Of a stretch of 64,000 nucleotides of DNA, positions 48,007 to 56,174 are shown in pieces. Made by a program: the position numbers and the translations under genes. The notes below the pieces were generated by a model, which saw nothing but the letters and a program-made list of their open reading frames with translations, was not told the DNA's origin and did no database searches. The stretch is from Winogradskyella sp. Lineage in GTDB: Bacteria; Bacteroidota; Bacteroidia; Flavobacteriales; Flavobacteriaceae. The DNA lies in assembly GCA_965659975.1 (NCBI GenBank), contig CBFHYD010000001.1, positions 1,241 to 65,240 of the forward strand, given 5' to 3'. Positions within the stretch are counted from its first letter, which is position 1, and every line of letters starts with the position of its first letter.

Positions 48007-48880
48007 ATTTTTTAGAGTTGGCAATATAGACTCCTGCAAGTATGATTACTGTTGCTAGACCTTGCAGTGCAGTGAATCGTTCGCCGTCTAATAAACCCCA
48101 AACAAGTGCAACTACCGGCATCAAATAGGTGACAGAAGTCGCAAAGACAGGAGTAGATATCTGAATGAGTTGATTGAACAATATTTTGGCCAAGGCAGTT
48201 CCAAATACAGCAAGAATACAAACACAAAGAAACGACAACATAAAGGTATCTTTCTGAAAGGTTTCTACCTTAAAAAAATCAGTAAATAGTAATACTATAA
48301 AGGCTGGTAATATGATAAAGACATAGTTTCCTGCGGCAATAGTAAGTGGTTTTACAGTTTGTAAGTGACGTTTAATAATATTCACGTTTGTAGCATACAT
48401 AAGAGTAGATGCTATAATAAAACCTGCGTACAAATAATTTTGATCTGGATTAATGTCTTGTCCTCTAAGAATTAGAAATACTGTACCAATAAAACCAATA
48501 ACCACACCCAAAACTTGACGTTTGGTAGACGCAATCTTAAAAACAGCAGTACCAATTAAAATGGCATTTAATGGAACTAAAGAATTTAAAACCGAAGTAA
48601 TCGCACTTCCTATTTGTGTCTCTGCGATAGCAAAGAAAAATGCCGGAAAAAACGAACCCAGAAAACCGGAAATAGCTATCCATTTCCATTGGTGTTTTTT
48701 AATATCCTTAAGTCCACTGTAACCAAAACCTAATAAAATTATTCCTGTGAGGACATTTCTTAGACCACCAATTTGATAAGGTGAAAAACCTGTTAATGCC
48801 TTTTTAATTAGAATGAATGAACTCCCCCAAATTATCGATAGAATAATAAGAAACAGCCATTTTCTGTTAAGGTTTTTCAT
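48005..48880 (-). CDS. DMT/EamA family transporter
   Basis: IWGSSFILIK, two EamA repeats, about 10 TM segments. Confidence 0.9.
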   Translation of the reverse strand: MKNLNRKWLFLIILSIIWGSSFILIKKALTGFSPYQIGGLRNVLTGIILLGFGYSGLKDIKKHQWKWIAISGFLGSFFPAFFFAIAETQIGSAITSVLNSLVPLNAILIGTAVFKIASTKRQVLGVVIGFIGTVFLILRGQDINPDQNYLYAGFIIASTLMYATNVNIIKRHLQTVKPLTIAAGNYVFIILPAFIVLLFTDFFKVETFQKDTFMLSFLCVCILAVFGTALAKILFNQLIQISTPVFATSVTYLMPVVALVWGLLDGERFTALQGLATVIILAGVYIANSKK

Positions 48881-48974
48881 AATTGGAGCTTTGAGATCAC
48901 AAAATTCGTTAATTATTTTTCAAGAAACTGGGCTTTTAGTAGTTTTGTTTTCAATACAGATAGAGATAAAAACT

Positions 48975-49367
48975 ATGAAAAATTTATATAGAAGTTTAAG
49001 TGTAATAGTCCTGGTATTTTGTTTAGTATCCTGTAAGAATACTGCTGAGCCAGAAGTTAAAACTGTTGATATAGCTGTTTCAGAAAATCCAACGGAGTCA
49101 AATAATAATGCATCCTACGCAAAGGTTGAATTCAATATTAAAGGTATGACCTGTGCAATGGGTTGTGCAAAAACTATTGAAAAGAAAATGGCACAAATGG
49201 ATGGTGTAAAAATGGCTAAAGTAGATTTTGAGAAAGAGTTGGCTATGGTAGAATATGATGAAGCAAAGGTAACTCCAAAAACTTTAGAAGAAACAGTAAC
49301 CAAGGTAAGCGAAGCTTATAAAGTAGAAGACATTAAAACTGTTGAGCAATTCTCAACAGATAAGTAA
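48975..49367 (+). CDS. Heavy-metal-associated (HMA) domain lipoprotein
   Basis: Lipobox LVSC; GMTCAMGCAKTIE; start moved to MKNLYRS. Confidence 0.85.
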   Translation: MKNLYRSLSVIVLVFCLVSCKNTAEPEVKTVDIAVSENPTESNNNASYAKVEFNIKGMTCAMGCAKTIEKKMAQMDGVKMAKVDFEKELAMVEYDEAKVTPKTLEETVTKVSEAYKVEDIKTVEQFSTDK

Positions 49368-49387
49368 TACACCCAAAAAATAAAACT

Positions 49388-50368
49388 TTAAGACGTTATC
49401 CAATCGGGTAACGTTTTTTTATTGAAGTCTTTATCCAAATTGGAGAGCATCTCGAAAGTAATGTCTTCTAAGTTAAATTCAGGGTTCCAATTCCAATGTT
49501 CTCGCGCGGCACTATCATCAATCGATGAAGGCCAAGAATCGGCAATACTTTGCCTAAAATCTGGCTCGTAATTAATCTTAAAATCTGGCTTATATTTTTT
49601 AATGCTATGGTATATATCTTTTGGGGTAAATGAAATAGATGCCAAGTTATAAGATGAACGTATTTTAATTGATTCTGCTGGTGCTTCCATTAGGTTTATA
49701 GTAGCATTAATAGCATCCTCCATATACATCATTGGAAGTTCTGTATTTTCGGATAAGAAACAATCATATGCGCCTTTTTGAATAGCTTCATGATATATTT
49801 CTACGGCATAATCTGTGGTGCCGCCACCTGGTAATGCCTTGTAACTAATAATTCCTGGATAACGAATACTCCTAACATCCACACCATACTTTGCATGATA
49901 ATATTCGCACCAGCGCTCACCAACCTGTTTGGTTATACCATATACAGTTGTCGGTTCACAAATCGTATGCTGAGGTGTATTATGTTTTGGGGTTGTTGGT
50001 CCAAAAACAGCAATACTACTTGGCCAATATACTTTTTTAATAGTGCCGCCTTTAGCAAGATTTAAGACGTGGAACAAAGAATTCATATTTAATTCCCATG
50101 CTTCCATTGGATATTTCTCACCAGTAGCACTCAGCAATGCAGCCATTAAGTAAATGGTATCGATATTGTAATTTTTACAGCAATCTTTTATAGCATTGAA
50201 GTTTTTTGCATCTAAAATTTCGAAAGGTCCTGATTTTACAAGTGCTAGGTTACGTGTGTTTATATCACTTGTAATGACGTTATCAGTTCCATATTTTTTA
50301 CGTAATTTGGTGGTGAGTTCTGTACCAATTTGGCCACAAGCACCAATTATTAAAATCTTAGAGGACAT
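49388..50368 (-). CDS. tdh: L-threonine 3-dehydrogenase (extended SDR type)
   Basis: IIGACGQIG, WPSSIAVFG, YGITK, PGGGTTDYA, SWPSSIDD. Confidence 0.88.
   Translation of the reverse strand: MSSKILIIGACGQIGTELTTKLRKKYGTDNVITSDINTRNLALVKSGPFEILDAKNFNAIKDCCKNYNIDTIYLMAALLSATGEKYPMEAWELNMNSLFHVLNLAKGGTIKKVYWPSSIAVFGPTTPKHNTPQHTICEPTTVYGITKQVGERWCEYYHAKYGVDVRSIRYPGIISYKALPGGGTTDYAVEIYHEAIQKGAYDCFLSENTELPMMYMEDAINATINLMEAPAESIKIRSSYNLASISFTPKDIYHSIKKYKPDFKINYEPDFRQSIADSWPSSIDDSAAREHWNWNPEFNLEDITFEMLSNLDKDFNKKTLPDWITS
49391..49421. terminator. Intrinsic terminator
   Basis: ACGTTATC-CAATC-GGGTAACGTTTTTTT. Confidence 0.7.
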
Positions 50369-50496
50369 AGCTATATTTGAGTTTTATCAAAAATACTAAG
50401 AAATAGCAGTGTCTTTTTAATAATTTATTAAAATATTAACCGTTTTGTAAGAATATCTTACAATTGAGAAATGCACAGTTTAGTTAACTTTATCGC

Positions 50497-51081
50497 ATGA
50501 AATTTGAAAATAAAATAAGACCACTTTTTATAATTACCGCAATTGTTTTTTTTGTTAGTATAGCATGCAACGATAAAAATCAAGATGATAAAGTCAAAGA
50601 TTATCAAACCGAGATTTCTGCTAAAAAGGAAATATCAGCCAAGGCTATAGAACGATTTAATTACAATGATTATACCCTAAGTCCTGATGCTGAAAAGGAA
50701 GTGCAATCTTGGACAAAGTTTTTGGAATTGGAGACTCAGATTACTTATCTAAAAACAGCAGATATTGCCTTTTTTACTGAAGAAAAGGATACACTGAAAA
50801 ACTTTATTGATAGCTTACGTGTTAGTGTGCCGGAGAATATTAAAACAAATCCGGTAAATGCACGAATTACCGCTTTAGAAACAACTCTACTTAAATTAAA
50901 TAACGACTTAAATTTGGATAATTATCCTGCAGAGAAAAAGTTGAAAAGTATCAAAGAGTTTCTTATTGCTAACTCCAACCTCATTTTTGTGATAAATAAG
51001 AAATTAGAATTTGATAAAAATGATATTGGAAGACCCGAAGGCGAAGGGCAAAAAGAAACATTTATTGAAGAAGACAAATAG
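50497..51081 (+). CDS. Hypothetical lipoprotein
   Basis: Lipobox SIAC; helical ORF of 194 aa. Confidence 0.72.
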   Translation: MKFENKIRPLFIITAIVFFVSIACNDKNQDDKVKDYQTEISAKKEISAKAIERFNYNDYTLSPDAEKEVQSWTKFLELETQITYLKTADIAFFTEEKDTLKNFIDSLRVSVPENIKTNPVNARITALETTLLKLNNDLNLDNYPAEKKLKSIKEFLIANSNLIFVINKKLEFDKNDIGRPEGEGQKETFIEEDK

Positions 51082-51085
51082 AAAC

Positions 51086-51115
51086 AAAAAAGCAACTCAA
51101 TTGAGTTGCTTTTTT
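51086..51115. terminator. Bidirectional terminator (30-bp perfect palindrome)
   Basis: AAAAAAGCAACTCAATTGAGTTGCTTTTTT. Confidence 0.85.
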
Positions 51116-51133
51116 AATTCGATTTTAATTCTT

Positions 51134-51823
51134 TTAGTTTTTTGGCTCTGCCTTTTTCTTTTCTAGAGCTTCTCTAGCATTTTTGGCCAAATTGAAGTTT
51201 GGATCTATTACTAAGGCATCGTTAACCAACTTTAATGCACCATCGAGATTAGATTGATTCTGCTGGAAGGTTGCTAAGGCTTTCATATAAAGTAATGCTG
51301 CCTTTAAAGAGGTTTCGTATGGACGTTGTGTCTCATAAAAGGCACGTTTCATGTCATCTGTTACATTTTTTAGACCATATTCGATTTTTGCCATAGCATT
51401 CGGGATATCCTTGTTTTGCAAAGATAAATCAGCTATTTGGTACGCTAATGATGGGTTGGGTTTACGTGAATAAAGTACTTCGTATTGCTCTAAAGCTTTT
51501 GCAACTTCGTTGATATTTTGTAGTGAAATTGCCTTAACTTCAACATTTAAATCTGAGTCCGTTGCATTTTTATCAATACCAATCGTATTAAGAGCTTGGA
51601 TATAGTTATTATTACTCATGTATAGATAAGCAATAGTGTCCTTTCGTGCTTGAGAAGGTTCTAAAATATCCAAGTGTGTTAATGCATTAATTACACCTTG
51701 AACATCAGCTTGCGCTTTCATTTTTTTGTAATAAGCTTCGTAGTGAGCCTTTAAATCTGAGTTTGTCTGTGCAAATGCTGCTACAGAAATTAGCATTGCC
51801 AATGCTAAAGTTATCTTCTTCAT
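51134..51823 (-). CDS. Secreted TPR-like protein
   Basis: Signal peptide; TPR-like helices (ALVIDPNFNLA); -7 element TAGTTTTG upstream. Confidence 0.75.
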   Translation of the reverse strand: MKKITLALAMLISVAAFAQTNSDLKAHYEAYYKKMKAQADVQGVINALTHLDILEPSQARKDTIAYLYMSNNNYIQALNTIGIDKNATDSDLNVEVKAISLQNINEVAKALEQYEVLYSRKPNPSLAYQIADLSLQNKDIPNAMAKIEYGLKNVTDDMKRAFYETQRPYETSLKAALLYMKALATFQQNQSNLDGALKLVNDALVIDPNFNLAKNAREALEKKKAEPKN

Positions 51824-51893
51824 TATTAATATAATTTAGTGCGCCAAAACTAAGAAAATTAATAACATTATTACTTAAATAGTTCTTAATTCT

Positions 51894-52736
51894 CTAAAGG
51901 CTAATTCGATACCTATATGACAATAGTTGTGCCACGTTAGTACCATTTATAATTTTTCCTTTTGATGGTGTTTGGGAATCGAACTCTGGAATTTCTATTC
52001 CAACGGATTTACAATAGTCAATATAATAGTCTTCTTTTTTGGGATGATAAGGAAAGGCGGCATTGAATGTTTTTCCCCAAATGGAATTTTTAATAAGCTC
52101 TGAGATAAGAGAAATACAATCTTCTTTGTGAATAAGATTTACGGGTGCGTTTTGATTTTTAATGTTTGTTCTGCCTGATAATATTTTACCTGGATGCCTA
52201 ACATCATCAAAAAGGCCAGCAAAGCGCAAGATTGTTGTGTTGTATTTAGGGTTGCTTTTTATTGCCTCTTCAATGGCCTGTAGCTGTTTTGCAGAATTTG
52301 TAATACCATCTGGTTTTGTCTCATCTAAAATCTCATGAAAATCCAAAGTGTCTTGAAATACTGAAGTAGAGCTAACATATAATATGTTTTTTATGTTACT
52401 CTTGTCGCTTTCCATCATTAGAGCCACAATTTCTTTCACATGGTTTTTCGTTGGATTTTTTCGTAATCCAGGCGGAATATTCAGGATAAGCGTTTCGCTT
52501 TGAGATAAAAACCCTTTTATATCACCTACTACTTTTTGCTTATTCAGCTCAATTAAATATGGTTGAATACCTTCAGATTTTAGTAATTCGAATTTATCAG
52601 AAGTGGTCGTTGATCCCTTAATGGTAAAGCCAAATTTTTGAAGATGTTTGGCAAGAGGTAGGCCTAACCAACCACAACCTAAAACACTTATTTGAGAAGA
52701 TTTCAAAATAATTTTGAGTATAAGTTTGTGTTGCAA
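51894..52736 (-). CDS. NAD(P)-binding SDR (YeeZ-like atypical)
   Basis: ISVLGCGWLG, GSTTT, SSTSV, LRFAGL, VNLIH; true start may be a few codons downstream. Confidence 0.85.
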   Translation of the reverse strand: MQHKLILKIILKSSQISVLGCGWLGLPLAKHLQKFGFTIKGSTTTSDKFELLKSEGIQPYLIELNKQKVVGDIKGFLSQSETLILNIPPGLRKNPTKNHVKEIVALMMESDKSNIKNILYVSSTSVFQDTLDFHEILDETKPDGITNSAKQLQAIEEAIKSNPKYNTTILRFAGLFDDVRHPGKILSGRTNIKNQNAPVNLIHKEDCISLISELIKNSIWGKTFNAAFPYHPKKEDYYIDYCKSVGIEIPEFDSQTPSKGKIINGTNVAQLLSYRYRISL

Positions 52737-52815
52737 AGATAGTGTGTAAGGCCCAACATGTAGGTTAACTCACTAATTTTAAGTAACTTTAGTTTCAACG
52801 TTAAATTCTTCGGTT

Positions 52816-52959
52816 ATGGGTGTCAAAAGTTTTCAAGGTGCTAGAAAGCAACAAAGCACAACATTAGATAAGGCATTAAAAGTCAAGGATTATATGTCAA
52901 CGTATTTCTTGTATAAAAAAAGAGAAGCTATTCGGCTTCCCTTTTTGTTTGCTATTTAA
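52816..52959 (+). pseudogene. 5' remnant of a CBS-domain protein gene, truncated into a terminator
   Basis: MGVKSFQGARKQQSTT...VKDYMST is recalled as the N-terminus of flavobacterial CBS proteins; the frame then reads through a terminator hairpin. Confidence 0.65.
52915..52946. terminator. Intrinsic terminator
   Basis: AAAAAAAGAGAAGC-TATTCG-GCTTCCCTTTTT. Confidence 0.72.
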
Positions 52960-52965
52960 AAACCT

Positions 52966-54348
52966 TTAGTTTTTAATAATCTTTTTAGTTATTCTTAAGT
53001 CAGTTGAAGCACTTTCAATAGTTAAGAAATATAATCCTGAAGTTAAGTTTTTCAGATTTGAAATAGTCACTTTATTTGAGTTTACTGAACTATCACTTAA
53101 AATAACTTTGCCATTGATGTCTACAATAGAAAAATCGAGTGTATCATTGACTAACTGTTGCGGTAAATCTACAGTTATTGTTTCCAAAAATGGATTTGGT
53201 GAAACCTTAAAGTCTTCTGCATTAAAATTATCTGAACTTAATACACGATCACAAATCGTCCATCCCATATCTTGCATAAATGCTAAGGTAACATCACCTG
53301 GGTCATATACTGTTTCTCCTGGACCTAAGAATGGTGTCATAAGTGCAAAGTCGGTTCCATTGATGGTATCTTCATTCCAGTGACTGTAACTCGAGCCATT
53401 TGTGAAACCTCCATTGAGTGCCCCCTCAATTCTTAATTCTTCACCACTGGTGTTCTCGGCGATAGCAGCAGGGGAATTACAAGTCAAAAAACTTGTTTGT
53501 TGTTCCATAGCAGCTAATAAAACTGTAGATGGGTCTGGAAAACTATTTTCATCCGTTAATGGTAGTGGTTGTCCAAAAATATCAGATCCATCTATAAAAG
53601 TATCCCAAGGTGAAAGAAATGTGGCATTTGGATTATCAACCGAGATACCACCATTTGATAAACGCCTTAATATACCAATATCTTGGCCTTCACCATTTTG
53701 CACCTGTCTTCCAAAACCAGCAATTCCTAATCCATGGCCAATTTCATGTAACACTACAGCTGTAAAATTAAATTGACCACCTGGAGTAACATCACTTGTG
53801 CTTGTTGGGAAAAACCAATCCGACCTGTTAGAATTAAATGTGCAAAAAATATCAAAGCCTCCAGGGTTAGCATCGGCGCCGATTAATTTTTCATATAAAG
53901 GAGCAGGATAGATTACGTTATCTGTACTACCAGGTAATCCCTGAAAATATGTTGCCGCAGCACCACCTAAACTTCCACCAGCTGCAGGTGCCCAATTGGC
54001 ATCTATTCTAATGGTTACAGGAGTATCGATTAGATTTTCCCAAATATCCATAGCTAATTGAAATGCTTCTTGCTCTGGTCCAGGACCTCCAAAAATATCT
54101 GTTGGAAATCCGGTGTAAGTAACTTCAATATTAGCACAAGGTGCTATTCTGCTTTCCATTTTTTGCCTTACCGATTCTCTTACCCCGATGAAAAGATCAC
54201 TTGGTTCACCAGTATCTGGCATAATGCAAGTTAATTCAAGTCCGTTAGGTCCATACAAACGATCTTGATTATGAGTTTGAGAATAAATCGATAGGCAAAA
54301 GCTAAAAAGACCTATTGCAAAAATTGGTTTTAGGTAATTTTTCATCAT
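52966..54348 (-). CDS. T9SS type A-sorted zinc metalloprotease-like protein
   Basis: LHEIGHGLG (HExxH), GSSYSHW, LMTP; CTD VSPNPF...SGLYFL...TKKIIKN; start moved to MMKNYLK. Confidence 0.85.
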   Translation of the reverse strand: MMKNYLKPIFAIGLFSFCLSIYSQTHNQDRLYGPNGLELTCIMPDTGEPSDLFIGVRESVRQKMESRIAPCANIEVTYTGFPTDIFGGPGPEQEAFQLAMDIWENLIDTPVTIRIDANWAPAAGGSLGGAAATYFQGLPGSTDNVIYPAPLYEKLIGADANPGGFDIFCTFNSNRSDWFFPTSTSDVTPGGQFNFTAVVLHEIGHGLGIAGFGRQVQNGEGQDIGILRRLSNGGISVDNPNATFLSPWDTFIDGSDIFGQPLPLTDENSFPDPSTVLLAAMEQQTSFLTCNSPAAIAENTSGEELRIEGALNGGFTNGSSYSHWNEDTINGTDFALMTPFLGPGETVYDPGDVTLAFMQDMGWTICDRVLSSDNFNAEDFKVSPNPFLETITVDLPQQLVNDTLDFSIVDINGKVILSDSSVNSNKVTISNLKNLTSGLYFLTIESASTDLRITKKIIKN

Positions 54349-54463
54349 TTCTTCTTTTTTTGGGCAACAAAAATAACTAAACACTCACGTTTTTTTTGTT
54401 TGTTTAACATAAAAAGGACGCTTTTTATAGAAAAAACCTCCTTTTTTTGACACTTTAGCAATC

Positions 54464-54847
54464 TTACTTCACCACCAAACTATACTGAGGTGTCTTATTG
54501 AGAGGACAAAAGTAAACGTACTCACCTTTTGAAAGTTTCGTAGTACGCGTCTTCTGAGTTTCACCATTTTTAACAATTTGAGTTACATAAGCTGTTTGTA
54601 TATGATTCTCTGGATTGCTAGCATCTTTCCCTTTAGAAACTAATACAAAACCTACATCTATACCTGCATGATTTGTAACCTCAAAAATGTAAGTTCCTTG
54701 AGATAAGGTAACGGACTTTTGAGTAAACTCTCCTTTGGTTTGTTCTAAAGCTACTGTCTTTACATTATCTTTCATCATTGTGTCTTGTGCGTTTCCAGTT
54801 AATGTAAATGCCAAAACTACTACTAAAATTGAAATTATTTTTTTCAT
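54464..54847 (-). CDS. Secreted cupredoxin-like domain protein
   Basis: Signal peptide; GEYVYFCPLNKTP C-terminal cupredoxin-type strand. Confidence 0.72.
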   Translation of the reverse strand: MKKIISILVVVLAFTLTGNAQDTMMKDNVKTVALEQTKGEFTQKSVTLSQGTYIFEVTNHAGIDVGFVLVSKGKDASNPENHIQTAYVTQIVKNGETQKTRTTKLSKGEYVYFCPLNKTPQYSLVVK

Positions 54848-54876
54848 CTTTTTTGTTTTTTAATTTATTATTTGAT

Positions 54877-55428
54877 TTATACTGTTTCTAATTCTAAAGG
54901 TTGGGCAACTGGAAAATCTACAGGTACTTTTGTAGTGTTGTGGATATAGTTAGAAATTGTTTTTTCACCCACAAGAACAAGTGTGTCGATAAGATTTGCT
55001 TTAGTGTATCCAGCATTAAAGAAATTTTTTAATACCGATTGTTCAGTGTTTACTCTGTTTTCAGTTGCGTTTTTGGCAAGTTTTGCCAGTGCGTCTAACT
55101 TGTTATTAATCGAAGAATAACCCGCTCTAAGCTCTAATATTTGTTCTCCATCAAAACCATTCATTTGGGCAATAGCAGTATGTGCAGATAAGCAATAGAT
55201 ACAATCATTAACTTGGCTTACGGCTAAGTTTACTACTTCTTTTTCTTTGGCAGTTAATGATGATTTGGCATTTGCAAAGTTTAAGTAGTTCTCTAATGCC
55301 GTATCACTATTTGCATAAGTGGCATATAGGTTCGGTACAAAGCCTAAGGCGTTGTTTAGATTGTCAAAAATAGCCTGATTGTTTGGGCTAACTTCTTCTC
55401 CTTTTTCTTTTTGCCCATCTTTCTTCAT
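54877..55428 (-). CDS. Carboxymuconolactone decarboxylase/AhpD-like peroxidase-related protein; N-terminus atypical
   Basis: GFVPNLY, VSQVNDCIYCLSAH (CxxC..H). Confidence 0.85.
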   Translation of the reverse strand: MKKDGQKEKGEEVSPNNQAIFDNLNNALGFVPNLYATYANSDTALENYLNFANAKSSLTAKEKEVVNLAVSQVNDCIYCLSAHTAIAQMNGFDGEQILELRAGYSSINNKLDALAKLAKNATENRVNTEQSVLKNFFNAGYTKANLIDTLVLVGEKTISNYIHNTTKVPVDFPVAQPLELETV

Positions 55429-55476
55429 CTTTAATAGCAGAAATTAATCCACTATTGTTTGACTCAAAAAACTGAG

Positions 55477-55484
55477 CAAAAATA
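55477..55484 (-). promoter_or_regulatory. -7 promoter element upstream of the CMD-cupredoxin genes
   Basis: TATTTTTG on the minus strand. Confidence 0.55.
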
Positions 55485-55488
55485 GATT

Positions 55489-55507
55489 ATTTAAATTTAA
55501 TCTAAAT
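55489..55507. promoter_or_regulatory. Putative Fur box in the promoter spacer
   Basis: TT-ATTTAAA-TTTAA-TCTAAAT-AA; 13/14 arm positions plus palindromic flanks. Confidence 0.72.
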
Positions 55508-55519
55508 AAACTTTAACAA

Positions 55520-56041
55520 TTAATTTTCAGGTGTAATTGCCGCAGAACTTACCACGGTAAGTTGTTGTATATCGCGATCGAATAAGTACAAACCACCTTT
55601 GTCATCACCAATCATACTTATCTTATCAAGTATTGTTCTTGCCACAGCTTCTTCTTCGATTTGCTCGGCCACATACCATTGTAAGAAATTATGAGTTGCA
55701 TAATCTTTTTCTTGAAGTGAGATATGCACCAACTCATTAATACTTTGTGATACAAAGATTTCATGCTCTAATAATTTCTCAAACATTTCTTGAAAAGAAT
55801 TGAAGGAAAGACTCGGTGCGTTAAGCTCACTAACATGAGCATGGCCACCACGTTCGTTTACAAACTTTACCAATTTAAGCATGTGTTCTCTTTCTTCATC
55901 ACTCTGGTCATACATAAAATTTGAGATACCTTCAAGACCTTTAACTTCTGCCCACACAGCCATTGCCAAATAGACTTGAGATGATTCTGCCTCTATACGT
56001 ATCTGCTTATTTAAAGCATTTTCAATAGTTTTTGATAGCAT
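55520..56041 (-). CDS. ftnA: Non-heme ferritin
   Basis: QIRIEAESSQVYL, EEREH, HEIFV, QWYVAEQIEEE ferroxidase ligands; start MLSK; -7 element TATCTTTG at 56057-56064. Confidence 0.93.
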   Translation of the reverse strand: MLSKTIENALNKQIRIEAESSQVYLAMAVWAEVKGLEGISNFMYDQSDEEREHMLKLVKFVNERGGHAHVSELNAPSLSFNSFQEMFEKLLEHEIFVSQSINELVHISLQEKDYATHNFLQWYVAEQIEEEAVARTILDKISMIGDDKGGLYLFDRDIQQLTVVSSAAITPEN

Positions 56042-56121
56042 AATTTTAATTTTTCTCAAAGATAATGAGATATAATCTCAAATAAAATAATTCCAAGGTG
56101 CAAGTCGTTGATTTTAGTACA

Positions 56122-56140
56122 ATTCAGAAGATTTCTAAAT
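56122..56140. promoter_or_regulatory. Putative Fur box between divergent ftnA and ppc
   Basis: ATTCAGA-AGATT-TCTAAAT; 13/14 arm positions. Confidence 0.62.
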
Positions 56141-56174
56141 AGAGTTTTATAACTTTATAAAAAATTGTGAGTAC

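Noticed and set aside
53108-53776. Plus-strand ORFs of 91 and 124 aa, and the many other 60-110 aa ORFs nested antisense in long genes
   Set aside because: Shadow ORFs of well-supported opposite-strand genes, with no start context or motifs
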